Virus record (IMG/VR): IMGVR_UViG_3300046396_000002
Location: 1 to 41,658 of that record
Source of the DNA: a virus
Taxonomy: Duplodnaviria; Caudoviricetes
Reading direction: 5' to 3' (one strand)
DNA length: 41,658 bases
This document shows, piece after piece, positions 25,529 to 35,378 of the stretch. The position numbers and the translations under genes are program-made. The notes below the pieces were generated by a model that saw nothing but the letters and a program-made list of their open reading frames with translations, made no database searches and was not told where the DNA came from. Numbering within the stretch: position 1 is the first letter of the stretch; each line of letters begins with the position of its first letter.

Positions 25529-26917
25529 ATGGCTGATTTATCAGTAATTAAGGAATATTTGGTTCGTCTTGGGTTCGACGTAAAATCCCAGGAGCTTGCC
25601 AAATTTAACGATGCTCTGCGGTCTGCTACGCAGCAAGTGGAAAAGATTTCGGTTGGCATGGCGAAGACTTTTGTTGCTGCGGGTGGGGCCGTATTGACAA
25701 CGCTGACAGCTATAGCGACCGGCACCGTAGCTTTAGCGGATCATGTCTCAGCCAGCGACCTGTCTTTACAGGTATGGGCTCGCAGAATGTATCTCAGTAC
25801 CGATGCTGCGCGAGCGCTGAAGAATGCTACTGACGCACTGGGATATTCCTTGGAAGACATCATCTGGGGGCCGAAGGAACTTCAAGAACGCTTCGGCGTT
25901 CTCATGGGCGACCAGAAGCAAATGCAAGCTGGACTCGGTGCCGATTTCGAAACTCAGATGCGGCGCATGCGTGATGTGCGGTTCGAGTTCACCCGCTTAG
26001 GAGAGACGCTCCAATATCTAGGGATGAATATCGTGGCGTCATTAGGCCGAAGATTGTTTGGCGAAGAAGGAGGTATCGCCGATTTTCTGAAAGGCTTTAT
26101 CGAGACGATCATTCCCAAGCTGCCTGAGATCGGGGATCGCATCGCTAAGTTTTTGGTTCCCGTTATTAAAGATGTAGCTTCCATCTTTCACGATATCTTC
26201 AACATCGTTACGATGCTATTGCCATCTCTAGACAAGATGGCAAAAACGCTAGATAGCGTGGCAGATGGCGCGAAGATGATAAGCAAAGACGTAAAGTCTG
26301 TCTTCGATTATGTGGTCCCGAAAGCCAAAACCGGGATTGATGCGATTGACAATGGGATAAGCAAGGCTGCCATTCGCCAAAGCATCGTTGATGCTGCCAC
26401 GGCAGCGGGATTAGATCCTGCGATCGCTTTAGCGATTGCACAGAGGGAGTCTGGATTCGATCCCAACGCTAAAAGCAATAAGGGTGCTATCGGCCTATTC
26501 CAGTTAATGCCCGATACTGCAAAGGGGTTGGGTGTTGATCCTAATGATCCCAACCAAAACATTCGCGGCGGCATCTCGTATCTTCTTCAGCTCTATGCGA
26601 AGTATCACGACTGGTACAAAACATTTGAAGCCTACAATGGCGGCCTTGGCAACGTAGATCGAGGCACCGTAAGTCGTGATGCCCGCACCTATGCCGAAGA
26701 CATGATGAAAGAATCGAATCGCAATCGGGTTGCGATGGGTAATTTTAATCCTATCTCCTATAGTGGCGGAACTTCAGTGGGTGACATCACGATTCATATC
26801 AACCAGCCGAATGCAACGCCTGACCAAATCCACAAAGCGGTGGTCAAAGCGATTGACGACAAAGCAGCGAAGCAGACGCAACGGAACATAGCGCAGCTCG
26901 GCGGAGCGATGGCATGA
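25529..26917 (+). CDS. Tape measure protein with lytic transglycosylase (SLT) domain
   Basis: IKEYLVRLGFDV N-terminus; helical body; AIAQRESGFDPNAKS.KGAIGLFQLMPDTA...NIRGG..YL...AYNGG. Confidence 0.9.
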   Translation: MADLSVIKEYLVRLGFDVKSQELAKFNDALRSATQQVEKISVGMAKTFVAAGGAVLTTLTAIATGTVALADHVSASDLSLQVWARRMYLSTDAARALKNATDALGYSLEDIIWGPKELQERFGVLMGDQKQMQAGLGADFETQMRRMRDVRFEFTRLGETLQYLGMNIVASLGRRLFGEEGGIADFLKGFIETIIPKLPEIGDRIAKFLVPVIKDVASIFHDIFNIVTMLLPSLDKMAKTLDSVADGAKMISKDVKSVFDYVVPKAKTGIDAIDNGISKAAIRQSIVDAATAAGLDPAIALAIAQRESGFDPNAKSNKGAIGLFQLMPDTAKGLGVDPNDPNQNIRGGISYLLQLYAKYHDWYKTFEAYNGGLGNVDRGTVSRDARTYAEDMMKESNRNRVAMGNFNPISYSGGTSVGDITIHINQPNATPDQIHKAVVKAIDDKAAKQTQRNIAQLGGAMA

Positions 26918-27255
26918 CGCTGATAGCACATGCGCTCATGGCGTTTTCATTCTCTATCCTGGCTGGCATGGGTTTGCTTCTGGCTGTGCTATTTATTGAA
27001 TTAGCTTTCGGTTGTAAGCAATATTCGGATAAGGTTGTAGACTTTATAGCGGAAGGTTTAATTAAAATGCGTCAGTTATTCCAATTCCAATCTCTTTCTA
27101 CCGACCGGGAACGCACCAAACAGTTGGTGGCCATGCAGGCTATTGGGGAATACTTCGGCATCTTCCAAAATTCGCCAAAGAGAAGCAAGAAGCCACGATC
27201 CATCCGAAAGGATAGATTTCAAGAAGTCATAGATGCTCTAAGGGGCGAAAAATAA
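26914..27255 (+). CDS. Hypothetical membrane-anchored protein
   Basis: Hydrophobic N-terminal ~30 aa; ATGA overlap. Confidence 0.55.
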   Translation: MTLIAHALMAFSFSILAGMGLLLAVLFIELAFGCKQYSDKVVDFIAEGLIKMRQLFQFQSLSTDRERTKQLVAMQAIGEYFGIFQNSPKRSKKPRSIRKDRFQEVIDALRGEK

Positions 27256-27305
27256 ATCAAGGCGGTAACAGACTTCAATTGGATAGTTCCGCTATCTTAT
27301 CTAGC

Positions 27306-27920
27306 ATGGAAACATTAGCGAAAGAAACCCTGGCACAAATCATTGATAGGCTAAATTCCGACCACGATCCTACGCTTCGTGAATCTCTGCGAAATATTGT
27401 GAAGGAATGGAATGATTCCGGCCCAAATCTCTGCAAGATGTTTAAGGCCAATCCAGAAATAGAACGTAGAGTATGCAATTCGTTTCGCATAAGCGTTATT
27501 CCAAGTGTATCTGGCGGCGCTCACGTACAAATTCTTTCTGTAGACTGTGTTAGGGCGATGGATTCTCGTGATCCATATTTTATTTTCGCGGCTTTAACCC
27601 TTAGTCCTTATTTGGATCTTTTCGCTGGACCATGTAAGCGCTGCGATTCCTACTACATAAAGAAGAGAAAGAATCAGGGCAGTTATTGCTCGCGGAAATG
27701 TGCCAACGCAGCTACTGCTATCGTCACCTCGCAGAAGAAGAGAGATATAGATCACAAGATTAAATTATTGAAGGCGTCTGAAGCTTTAACGGTATGGGAG
27801 CGGACAAAGTCCCCGAGGTCCAACGATTGGAAAGAATATGTCTCCCAAAGTGCGAACCTAACCAGCAAGTGGATTACTCGGGCGGTCAATAAAGGCGAAT
27901 TACTGGTGTCTGCTCACTGA
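27306..27920 (+). CDS. CGNR-like zinc-finger protein
   Basis: PCKRCDSYYIKKRKNQGSYCSRKCAN; start may be TTG 27279. Confidence 0.65.
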   Translation: METLAKETLAQIIDRLNSDHDPTLRESLRNIVKEWNDSGPNLCKMFKANPEIERRVCNSFRISVIPSVSGGAHVQILSVDCVRAMDSRDPYFIFAALTLSPYLDLFAGPCKRCDSYYIKKRKNQGSYCSRKCANAATAIVTSQKKRDIDHKIKLLKASEALTVWERTKSPRSNDWKEYVSQSANLTSKWITRAVNKGELLVSAH

Positions 27921-28132
27921 TTCTTAGGCTTATCCGATGGCAAGATACCTTCGAAGTCCCCAATATTAGCCATAGACAACGTTCTAGCAAGCTGTAGCCA
28001 ATATTCCCCAATGGGTTCGTGGCCTAATTTTTTCATAGTTGAATCGACGCTCTTCAGTCCCATTCGAGAACTGATTACTGCAGCGGCTAGTTTTCGCGCG
28101 AGTGCAATTTCGAAGTATTCGTAATCTGCCAT
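27914..28132 (-). CDS. Small reverse-strand hypothetical protein (72 aa)
   Basis: MADYEYFEIALARKLAAAVISSRMGLKSVD...; 3' part of track ORF 27914..28336 that does not overlap ORF 28155. Confidence 0.5.
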   Translation of the reverse strand: MADYEYFEIALARKLAAAVISSRMGLKSVDSTMKKLGHEPIGEYWLQLARTLSMANIGDFEGILPSDKPKNQ

Positions 28133-28154
28133 AAGGTCAATAAGTTTATCAAAA

Positions 28155-28880
28155 ATGAGTGGATTTCTAGTAAACGTTCTGAATAGCGCTCCGGTGTTGG
28201 GCGCCTTTCTTGGGAATGGTTTTCGTCCGCCACAGTGGACGCAGCCGCAGCTTACTTCCATTTCTGCCAATTTACCGTCTACCACATCGGTGAATGCAAC
28301 GGATGATGCCGGTAATTCTATTGTCGGAGGCAGCACTCAAACCACAACCCAGTCCCTGACTACGTACTTCTTCGATGCAATCTTACGAGTGGATCACTTT
28401 CAGGAACTTCGAGCCACGGACCATCCAGTTCAAGGTGGATCTTCAATTACCGACCATGCCTATCTCTTGCCAGCTCGCGTCTCTCTTGAAATCGGAATGT
28501 CAGATGCGATGGATAGTTATCAAAGTGGACAGTGGACTGGGAACAGTTCGAAGTCAATAAATGCCTACCAAACCTTGCTTCAATTACAGGCGTTAAGAGT
28601 TCCGGTCACTGTAACTACCCGTCTCAATACCTATTCGAACATGGTCATCGAGAGCATTCGGTCTGGTGACGATACGCGCACACTGCACGGATTGAAGGCG
28701 AACGTACAGTTCCGACAGATCATTGTAGGCACAGTCACAACGAGTACACAGAGCGCACGACCACATACGACGGGACTTTTCGGATTAGGGCTTGTGCAGC
28801 CTCTCCCACCGACTTCTGGTGCAGAGCAAGCAGGCCAGAATCTGGGTACGAATCTCTTGAAATCCTTGGGTGTGAACTGA
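28155..28880 (+). CDS. Baseplate tube-initiator / Dit-like protein
   Basis: FDAILRVDH...TDHPVQGGSSITDHAYLLP...AYQTLLQLQ...VTTRLNTYSNMVI. Confidence 0.85.
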   Translation: MSGFLVNVLNSAPVLGAFLGNGFRPPQWTQPQLTSISANLPSTTSVNATDDAGNSIVGGSTQTTTQSLTTYFFDAILRVDHFQELRATDHPVQGGSSITDHAYLLPARVSLEIGMSDAMDSYQSGQWTGNSSKSINAYQTLLQLQALRVPVTVTTRLNTYSNMVIESIRSGDDTRTLHGLKANVQFRQIIVGTVTTSTQSARPHTTGLFGLGLVQPLPPTSGAEQAGQNLGTNLLKSLGVN

Positions 28881-29224
28881 TGCTCCAACAAGTTCCAGTA
28901 ACAACGCTGCCAAATCAGCAATACATCGTGCCGTTGAATATTGATGGTGTGGTGCGGGATTTCTACTTCACGCAACGCTATAACGCACTTGCTGGATATT
29001 GGGTTCTCAGCATTGCAGACTCGAATCAAAATCTGGTGCTGGATTCTATCCCGCTGATTACAGGAGATGTGCCATCGGGAAACTTGTTGGGACAGTTCGC
29101 ACACCTTGGAATTGGGAGCGCGACGATCATAAACGTGAGTTCGGTGCCGTTTCCTGATTATCCCAACAGCGTGAACCTCGGGAATGACTTCTTCTTGTTT
29201 TGGGGCGACACGCCTTCAGCATGA
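28880..29224 (+). CDS. Small baseplate (plug-type) protein
   Basis: RYNALAGYWVLSIAD...IPLITG...NLLGQFAHLGIG; conserved position. Confidence 0.8.
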   Translation: MLQQVPVTTLPNQQYIVPLNIDGVVRDFYFTQRYNALAGYWVLSIADSNQNLVLDSIPLITGDVPSGNLLGQFAHLGIGSATIINVSSVPFPDYPNSVNLGNDFFLFWGDTPSA

Positions 29225-30255
29225 GTACATCTCTTGCACAGCTTCCTCTTTATGGGCGCTGGTATGAAGTTACCGTAGGAGTTCCGCAGGCGAATGGCTC
29301 AACCACTATTTTTACAGTCGCCAGCAGCGCCTTCGAGCCCGAAGCACTGCGGGTTACATTCGACATCTACCAAATCGCTTTTAAATCCTACTGGTATGCG
29401 GATATTGTCATTTACAACTTGGATCAGGCCACTACTCAGCAGTTTCTTGGCACCGGAATGCAGAGCCTACAAGTCACAGTTTCTGCTGGCTATCAGAATG
29501 GGGCGCAAGGAGTTCTTTTCAGTGGGCCAGTATTCCAAGCAACCTTTGATCGGGAGAACGTAACCGACTTCAAGATCACCTTGTATTGCGTTATCGGATT
29601 GTGGCCGGACGCGCGAAACACTATCAATAAAACATTTGCTTTAGGCGTTAAGCAAACAGAGATAATTTCAGGAATTGCCGAGTCTGCTTTCAGCAAGATT
29701 CCAGTGGATAAGATCTCCTCACGGATTAGCCCGAAGCAGCTGCCAAGAGCAAAGACGGTTTTCGGAAAGCCAGGGGACTTCTTTTCGAACATTGCCATCG
29801 ACAATGGCATGACTTGGTGGCTATCTCAAAAAGGTTTGGCAATGGGTAGCCTGAATGATGATGACATTCCAACTACACCAAGTCTGACGTTTTCGCCCCC
29901 CGTGGAACCTTCAACAAACACCGCAGGAGCCGCAACCACTACGTTGACGAACGGAGCAATAATAGGCACGCCACAGCAAACGCAGTACGGCGTAGCTTTT
30001 CGCGTTCTGCTAGATCCTCGAGTGCAAGTCAGCAAGCCGTTTGTAGTTGTAAAAATCGACAACTCGCAAATTCGCGTTCTTCAGAGAGAAATCGGGGTAT
30101 TGCCGAGGTTGCTAGATCAAGACGGGGTATATGTCGTTAACGCTGTGCGATTCACTGGCGATACGCGCGGAAATGACTGGTATGCAGATATAGACGGTGT
30201 TACGACGACCCTAGCAAAACAAGACTTCTTGGCAGCAGTAGTTGCAGGTTCCTAA
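29221..30255 (+). CDS. Baseplate hub protein
   Basis: ADIVIYNL, VSAGYQ...LFSG, IIGTPQQT, DGVYVV...GDTRGNDWY. Confidence 0.85.
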   Translation: MSTSLAQLPLYGRWYEVTVGVPQANGSTTIFTVASSAFEPEALRVTFDIYQIAFKSYWYADIVIYNLDQATTQQFLGTGMQSLQVTVSAGYQNGAQGVLFSGPVFQATFDRENVTDFKITLYCVIGLWPDARNTINKTFALGVKQTEIISGIAESAFSKIPVDKISSRISPKQLPRAKTVFGKPGDFFSNIAIDNGMTWWLSQKGLAMGSLNDDDIPTTPSLTFSPPVEPSTNTAGAATTTLTNGAIIGTPQQTQYGVAFRVLLDPRVQVSKPFVVVKIDNSQIRVLQREIGVLPRLLDQDGVYVVNAVRFTGDTRGNDWYADIDGVTTTLAKQDFLAAVVAGS

Positions 30256-30256
30256 A

Positions 30257-31036
30257 ATGGCAGCATCTTCGAGCTATCTGACTCCAGCCGAGCGCTTCAA
30301 GGTTGGCTCTGAACAGTGGGACGAATGGCCGCTTCTCTGCAGACTTCGTGTAGCTGCTCCTGGAATCGTCCAAAGTTTTGATGCTACAAAGCAGACCGTT
30401 ACCGTGCAGCTGGCGGTTCGAGAGAACGTCGTACAGAATGCCGTAGTCACTCCAGTAGCAATCGACATCCTGCAAGACATTCCGATCTTCATGCCACGCG
30501 CCGGGGGATTTCTGCTCACGCTCCCGGTCAAGCAAGGCGATGAATGTTTAGTGATCTTCGGAGATAACTGCATTGACGCATGGTGGCAATCAGGGGGAAT
30601 TCAGAATCAAGTAGAACGGCGCCGGCACGATCTCTCAGACGGTTTTGCCATTATCGGGCCATGGTCGCAACCGAGAGTAGTCAGTAACTATTCCACAACC
30701 TCCGCTCAGCTTAGAAGTGAAGATGGGAACACGATGGTGGAGATTGCGCCGAGCGGAGTCGTGAATGTGAAGTGCGCGACAGCAAATGTGAATGCTACAA
30801 GTCAGGCCAACATCACCGCTCCCACGATTGATCTGAATGGCAACGTTGTAATTTCCGGCAATCTTTCCGTTGGCGGTACTTTTGGTGCTACTGGCGGAGC
30901 AACTTTCAGCAACACTGCTACCTTTAACGGGGCTACCTCATTTACTACCACCACAACGATTCAAGGGAAGCAGTTCTTGCTCCATGAACATACCGGAGTC
31001 CAGACGGGCGGCGGCACAAGTGGCCCAGTAGCCTAA
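30257..31036 (+). CDS. Baseplate central spike (gp138/gpV-like)
   Basis: APGIVQSFD, LTLPVKQGDECLVIFGDNCIDAWWQSG, RRHDLSDGFAI, C-terminal HEH metal-binding tip. Confidence 0.92.
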   Translation: MAASSSYLTPAERFKVGSEQWDEWPLLCRLRVAAPGIVQSFDATKQTVTVQLAVRENVVQNAVVTPVAIDILQDIPIFMPRAGGFLLTLPVKQGDECLVIFGDNCIDAWWQSGGIQNQVERRRHDLSDGFAIIGPWSQPRVVSNYSTTSAQLRSEDGNTMVEIAPSGVVNVKCATANVNATSQANITAPTIDLNGNVVISGNLSVGGTFGATGGATFSNTATFNGATSFTTTTTIQGKQFLLHEHTGVQTGGGTSGPVA

Positions 31037-31431
31037 TGGCCCAACTTACCTATCGCTCATTGGACGCGAATAATGATGTCATTTGGAGCTCTACGCTCAC
31101 CGACATTGATGCAGTCGCCCAGGCAATTCGAACGCGAATAAATCTCTTTCACGCGGAATGGTGGGCTGATCTTCAAGATGGAACTCCAGTTTGGCAGAGC
31201 ATGTTAGGGGCAAGTGGAAGCCTTCGTAATCAACAGGCAATCAGTCTTCTTCTTCAGCAGAGAATTTTGGGAACTCCATTCGTTAATAGCGTGAGCAATG
31301 TGCAAGCCAGCTTTAATAGTTCGACACGAGCATTTAGTTTTTATGCGGAGGTACAGACTCAATTCGGCACTGTGTCGGTGAGCAGAAATATGCCGACTCC
31401 TCCATCTCGAGGGTTGCCGAATGGGATCTAG
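31036..31431 (+). CDS. Baseplate wedge / sheath initiator (gp25/gpW-like)
   Basis: YRSLDANND...AVAQAIRTRINLFHAEWWAD...ILGTPFV. Confidence 0.85.
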   Translation: MAQLTYRSLDANNDVIWSSTLTDIDAVAQAIRTRINLFHAEWWADLQDGTPVWQSMLGASGSLRNQQAISLLLQQRILGTPFVNSVSNVQASFNSSTRAFSFYAEVQTQFGTVSVSRNMPTPPSRGLPNGI

Positions 31432-32116
31432 CACTTATGGAGTTATTTACCTTATCGAAAACAAAATTAACGGAAAGCGATATGTGGGCCAAACCGTTAC
31501 GTCTGTGCAGAAGAGATTCAATAGCCATAAATACGCGAGTGAAAGAGGTTCTATGGCTTGCCTGCATCGCGCTATTCGGCGCTACGGAGCGATGCAGTTT
31601 TGCATAACAATTCTGGATCATGCTGCAACACATGAGGACTTGAATTCCAAAGAATCTGAATGGATCACTCGCTACAACTGTATTGCACCTAATGGATACA
31701 ACATTACCAGCGGCGGCAGCCAACCGAAATGGACGGATGCACAAAAAGAGAGAATGTCGCGCATTCTCAAGGCCCGCAATTTCCATCACAGCGAAGAAGC
31801 GAAGCGGGCGATTGGGATTGGTAATTTAGGTAACAAACGCCCCGATGTAGCTTTAAAAAACAAAACGCCCGAAATGCGCGAGAAGGTTAGCGTGGCACTA
31901 TCTGGGCCGGCTCACCCAATGCGCGGAAAGTGTCATACAGAAACCACCAAAGCAAAGATTTCACTAGCTGGGATAGGACGCAGGCATTCTCCGGAAACGA
32001 TAGAGAAAATGCGGCTAGCTAAACTTGGCAAGCCTAGGCCAATTGCGATGCGAGAAAAGTTACGAGCCTTCGCACTGACAAGGACAGTTAGAGATTCAAA
32101 GGGGAGGTGGGCGTGA
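31421..32116 (+). CDS. GIY-YIG homing endonuclease with NUMOD3 repeats
   Basis: GVIYLIENKINGKRYVGQT...R...H...E...GYN; HSEEAKRAI, HTETTKAKIS, HSPETIEKM. Confidence 0.92.
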   Translation: MGSSTYGVIYLIENKINGKRYVGQTVTSVQKRFNSHKYASERGSMACLHRAIRRYGAMQFCITILDHAATHEDLNSKESEWITRYNCIAPNGYNITSGGSQPKWTDAQKERMSRILKARNFHHSEEAKRAIGIGNLGNKRPDVALKNKTPEMREKVSVALSGPAHPMRGKCHTETTKAKISLAGIGRRHSPETIEKMRLAKLGKPRPIAMREKLRAFALTRTVRDSKGRWA

Positions 32117-33294
32117 CATATGCTCCTCCTTCTATTGGGATATCCGGGCTTACGATTCCCACCTACAACGATATTCTTGGATATCTAACTGCAAATTATT
32201 CCGCAATTTACGGCCAGACGGAATATCTCGGAAATGACGCGGCGGTTTATCAGTTCATGTCGATTATCGCTTTGGCGGCGAGTGACGTGATGCAAGCGCT
32301 TCAACTCGACTACAACAATCGAGCTCCGAACTTCGCTATTGGAGCGGCTCTCGATTCTTTGGTGAAGGTAAACGGACTTGCACGAAAGTTGGCATCGTTC
32401 TCGACATGTCAAGTAATTCTGACCGGAACAGCTGGAGCTTCGATTTCGAATGGTCTTGTCAGTGACGTAAACGGTAATCAATGGAGTCTTCCCAGCCCTA
32501 CGGTAATTGGTGGCGGTGGAACGGTAACTGTCACTGCAACCTGCACGGTAGCAGGATCCGTGAACGTGAACGCCAATCAGATCACTGGAATTGTGACACC
32601 TACGGCAGGATGGACAACCGTCACCAATGGCAGCAATTTGCCTTCAGTCGGACAACCCGTTGAAAGTGATTCTCAACTTCGGGCACGCCAAGCGGTTTCT
32701 ACAGAACTTCCTTCTATCACCATTCTGGCGGGAACCGTCGCCGGCATCAATGCGGTTCCTGGTGTTACGCGATTATTTGTTGAAGAAAATCCTACTGGAA
32801 GTACGGACGCTAATGGATGCCCTCCGCATTCGATCACAGCGGTGGTAGAAGGCGGGGCGGATTTAGATGTCGCAACTGCCATCTTTGGAAATAAAGGAAT
32901 TGGCTGCTTTACCAATGGCACAACGACCGTAGCCGTCACCAATCCGAACACGGGGATTTCTCAGAACATCTCTTTCGACCGACCCACTTACGTTCCGATT
33001 TACGTTATCGCCAACGTCCATGCGCTTGCCGGATACACTTCAGCCGATACGACCGCAATTCAGAACGCGCTAGTGAACTATTTGAATAGCTTGCAAATCG
33101 GCGAACTTGTTGTGTGGATGGCTCTGGCCTCTACTGCAATGGCCGTGATGCCAAGCTTACAGACTCCGATATTTTCAATTCATTCGTTGTTCTTTGGAAC
33201 CTCATCAAGTCCCTCGACTACGACTGATGTACCGATGAATTTCAATCAGGTCGCGCAAGGCGTTCTCGCGAAAGTAATCGTCAACCTCGTCTAG
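32113..33294 (+). CDS. Baseplate J / Mu gp47-like wedge protein
   Basis: GLTIPTYNDI, AIGAALDSLVKVNGLAR, ESDSQLRARQ, PPHSITAVVEGG, ISFDRP; GGGAGG RBS before GTG 32113. Confidence 0.92.
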   Translation: MTYAPPSIGISGLTIPTYNDILGYLTANYSAIYGQTEYLGNDAAVYQFMSIIALAASDVMQALQLDYNNRAPNFAIGAALDSLVKVNGLARKLASFSTCQVILTGTAGASISNGLVSDVNGNQWSLPSPTVIGGGGTVTVTATCTVAGSVNVNANQITGIVTPTAGWTTVTNGSNLPSVGQPVESDSQLRARQAVSTELPSITILAGTVAGINAVPGVTRLFVEENPTGSTDANGCPPHSITAVVEGGADLDVATAIFGNKGIGCFTNGTTTVAVTNPNTGISQNISFDRPTYVPIYVIANVHALAGYTSADTTAIQNALVNYLNSLQIGELVVWMALASTAMAVMPSLQTPIFSIHSLFFGTSSSPSTTTDVPMNFNQVAQGVLAKVIVNLV

Positions 33295-33317
33295 TTAATT
33301 CCCAAATTCCTAATACC

Positions 33318-35363
33318 ATGAAAAGAATTCTGTCTCTCATTCTGTGGATGGGTGTCTTCGCCAGTGCGCAGACGACGCCAGTATTGAATTTCAATGTTCC
33401 GGCGTCGGGCTCAAACACAGGCGTATGGGGTCCGTTGCTAAATGCCAACATGGTGCAGATGGAATGCTTCCTGACGGCAAACTGCCTTATACCCGGACTT
33501 GATACAGCAGTTTTAGAGATCAACGGTGGTGCTCCACTCACAACGTCAGCGCAAACCGGATCAGGCAACCTGGTGCTACAAAATGCGCCGACGATCAACA
33601 ATGCGACCTTGAATGGAACCACGGCGACCGGCCAGATGAATGTTCAACAACTGACGTTTACTGGCACAGGAATGCCACAGTACAACACAACGAATAACAC
33701 GGATGGGCGCGGGGTTATCACGCTTAGCGGTGGAACCGGATCTTATATTCTCCAAGGCTCATACTCAAATCCGCCAATCTGTGTTTTCACGCCCAATGCT
33801 ACGGCATCGTCATTTTCTGGGAGCGCACCGAGTTTTACATTAAACGTGACCGCATCCGGCTCAACGGCTGGATATATCTGCTTTGGAGGAGTTCCGGTAT
33901 CTAATCCGCCGTTCACGAATCTGACTCTCCAGACCCAAAACAATACGTCGGCTTGCTCAACATCGACGTTCCCCAGCTACTGCACGATTGCAATGCCAGC
34001 ATTTACGACTACGAGTTCGAACACAAACGCTCAAACTCAAGTGCTCGCGCCGACGCCGGGGCATGTATCTCAACTTCCAGTCTCGAATTATTTCTATAGT
34101 GGAAACACGATCAAAAACGTAGCGGCGATTCAGCCTTGGTTCTCGACAGCTACCGGTTGCAACGGTCATCCCTGCATCGGATATACAAGCAGCAATCCCA
34201 GTCTTGTAGCTCAACAAGACACGATGCTCTGCAACGAGGGATTCAGTGACATCTCTCCAGACTGGTATGGGAACACTTCAGCGCAGAGCGTTATTAACAA
34301 CACAGTCATTGCGGAAGCCGCGGATCTCGCTGGGCGCGTTGGTAGCAGCTGCCCACTAAAGATGGAAGTGATGATTGACAAAGGTCTCATCACGAGCGGG
34401 ATGGTTGGAGCGGCGGGATGTCCTACAAGTGGCGGAACCGAAGCGGCGACCATTACCTGTATCGAAAACGTTCTGAATGCCGCGTATGACTACGTTGACG
34501 CGAATTGGGGCCGTAAAGCCTACTACCGCACAGATGGCGGACTTCCAGTCACGTTCACATTCATTATCAAGAATGCATGGACGCAAATGCCCAGCGGGAA
34601 CGTCACCGCAGACTGGAACACGATCTGGGCCGCAGTCAAGGCACACATGTCGTCTTATGCCACGACGTACAAGGTATATGAGGAATTCGGCAACTTTACA
34701 GATGGTTCAATCGATGGTGCATATGGTTGGCCGCAACCTCCAGTCTACACAAATGGTTCGCCATCGACGCAGCTCTGCTGGAACTCCGTTACCTGCTCGA
34801 CTGACTACTACGTTTCGCTCTATACGCAAGGACAGGCCACGCCAAGTCGCACCACGATTGGACTGATGAACGTTGGCTTCGACTGGTCAAATGCCAGTTA
34901 TAACGGCGGAGTTCAAAAAATCATCGCGCGACAGTGTGGCCAGATATTCCTGAACGGAGCAGCAGAAATCGCAACCGCTGGGTATAACAGCGGCAATCAG
35001 TTGCCCTATGTAATCTGGTCAACACTGAACGACTACGGTGAAGGGACCAACTTCGAAAATGGCGTAGATAACTGTTATCGGATGAACACGCCGACCATTG
35101 TGAGCAACACGCTCTCGTGGACCACGATAGTTACAGATGCAACCTACGCGACTACCTCAACAATCGACCACTGGCGGTTATGGTATGGAGACAATTCGAC
35201 TCCAGTAAATCTCTGGAAGGCGCAAGACAACATTCCAGTCGGAACTACATCTCTTAATCTGAGCACAATCGTGCCAACTGGGACATGGAATATCTACGTC
35301 GAAATGGTTGGCAAACCGCTGATCTTCAACCGCATGAGTGCTCCAATTTCCTACACTCACTAG
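33318..35363 (+). CDS. Signal-peptide-bearing tailspike-like protein with GH71/GH99-like glycoside hydrolase domain
   Basis: MKRILSLILWMGVFASA|QTTP anchor motif; PWF...IGYTSSNP...QQ...DWYG...GFD...STLNDYGEGT; C-terminal beta-sandwich; 16 Cys. Confidence 0.7.
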   Translation: MKRILSLILWMGVFASAQTTPVLNFNVPASGSNTGVWGPLLNANMVQMECFLTANCLIPGLDTAVLEINGGAPLTTSAQTGSGNLVLQNAPTINNATLNGTTATGQMNVQQLTFTGTGMPQYNTTNNTDGRGVITLSGGTGSYILQGSYSNPPICVFTPNATASSFSGSAPSFTLNVTASGSTAGYICFGGVPVSNPPFTNLTLQTQNNTSACSTSTFPSYCTIAMPAFTTTSSNTNAQTQVLAPTPGHVSQLPVSNYFYSGNTIKNVAAIQPWFSTATGCNGHPCIGYTSSNPSLVAQQDTMLCNEGFSDISPDWYGNTSAQSVINNTVIAEAADLAGRVGSSCPLKMEVMIDKGLITSGMVGAAGCPTSGGTEAATITCIENVLNAAYDYVDANWGRKAYYRTDGGLPVTFTFIIKNAWTQMPSGNVTADWNTIWAAVKAHMSSYATTYKVYEEFGNFTDGSIDGAYGWPQPPVYTNGSPSTQLCWNSVTCSTDYYVSLYTQGQATPSRTTIGLMNVGFDWSNASYNGGVQKIIARQCGQIFLNGAAEIATAGYNSGNQLPYVIWSTLNDYGEGTNFENGVDNCYRMNTPTIVSNTLSWTTIVTDATYATTSTIDHWRLWYGDNSTPVNLWKAQDNIPVGTTSLNLSTIVPTGTWNIYVEMVGKPLIFNRMSAPISYTH

Positions 35364-35378
35364 ATAATCTAAATAGCT

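Noticed and set aside
31421-32116. Group I intron around the GIY-YIG gene
   Set aside because: No flanking non-coding sequence, and the neighbouring genes are not split
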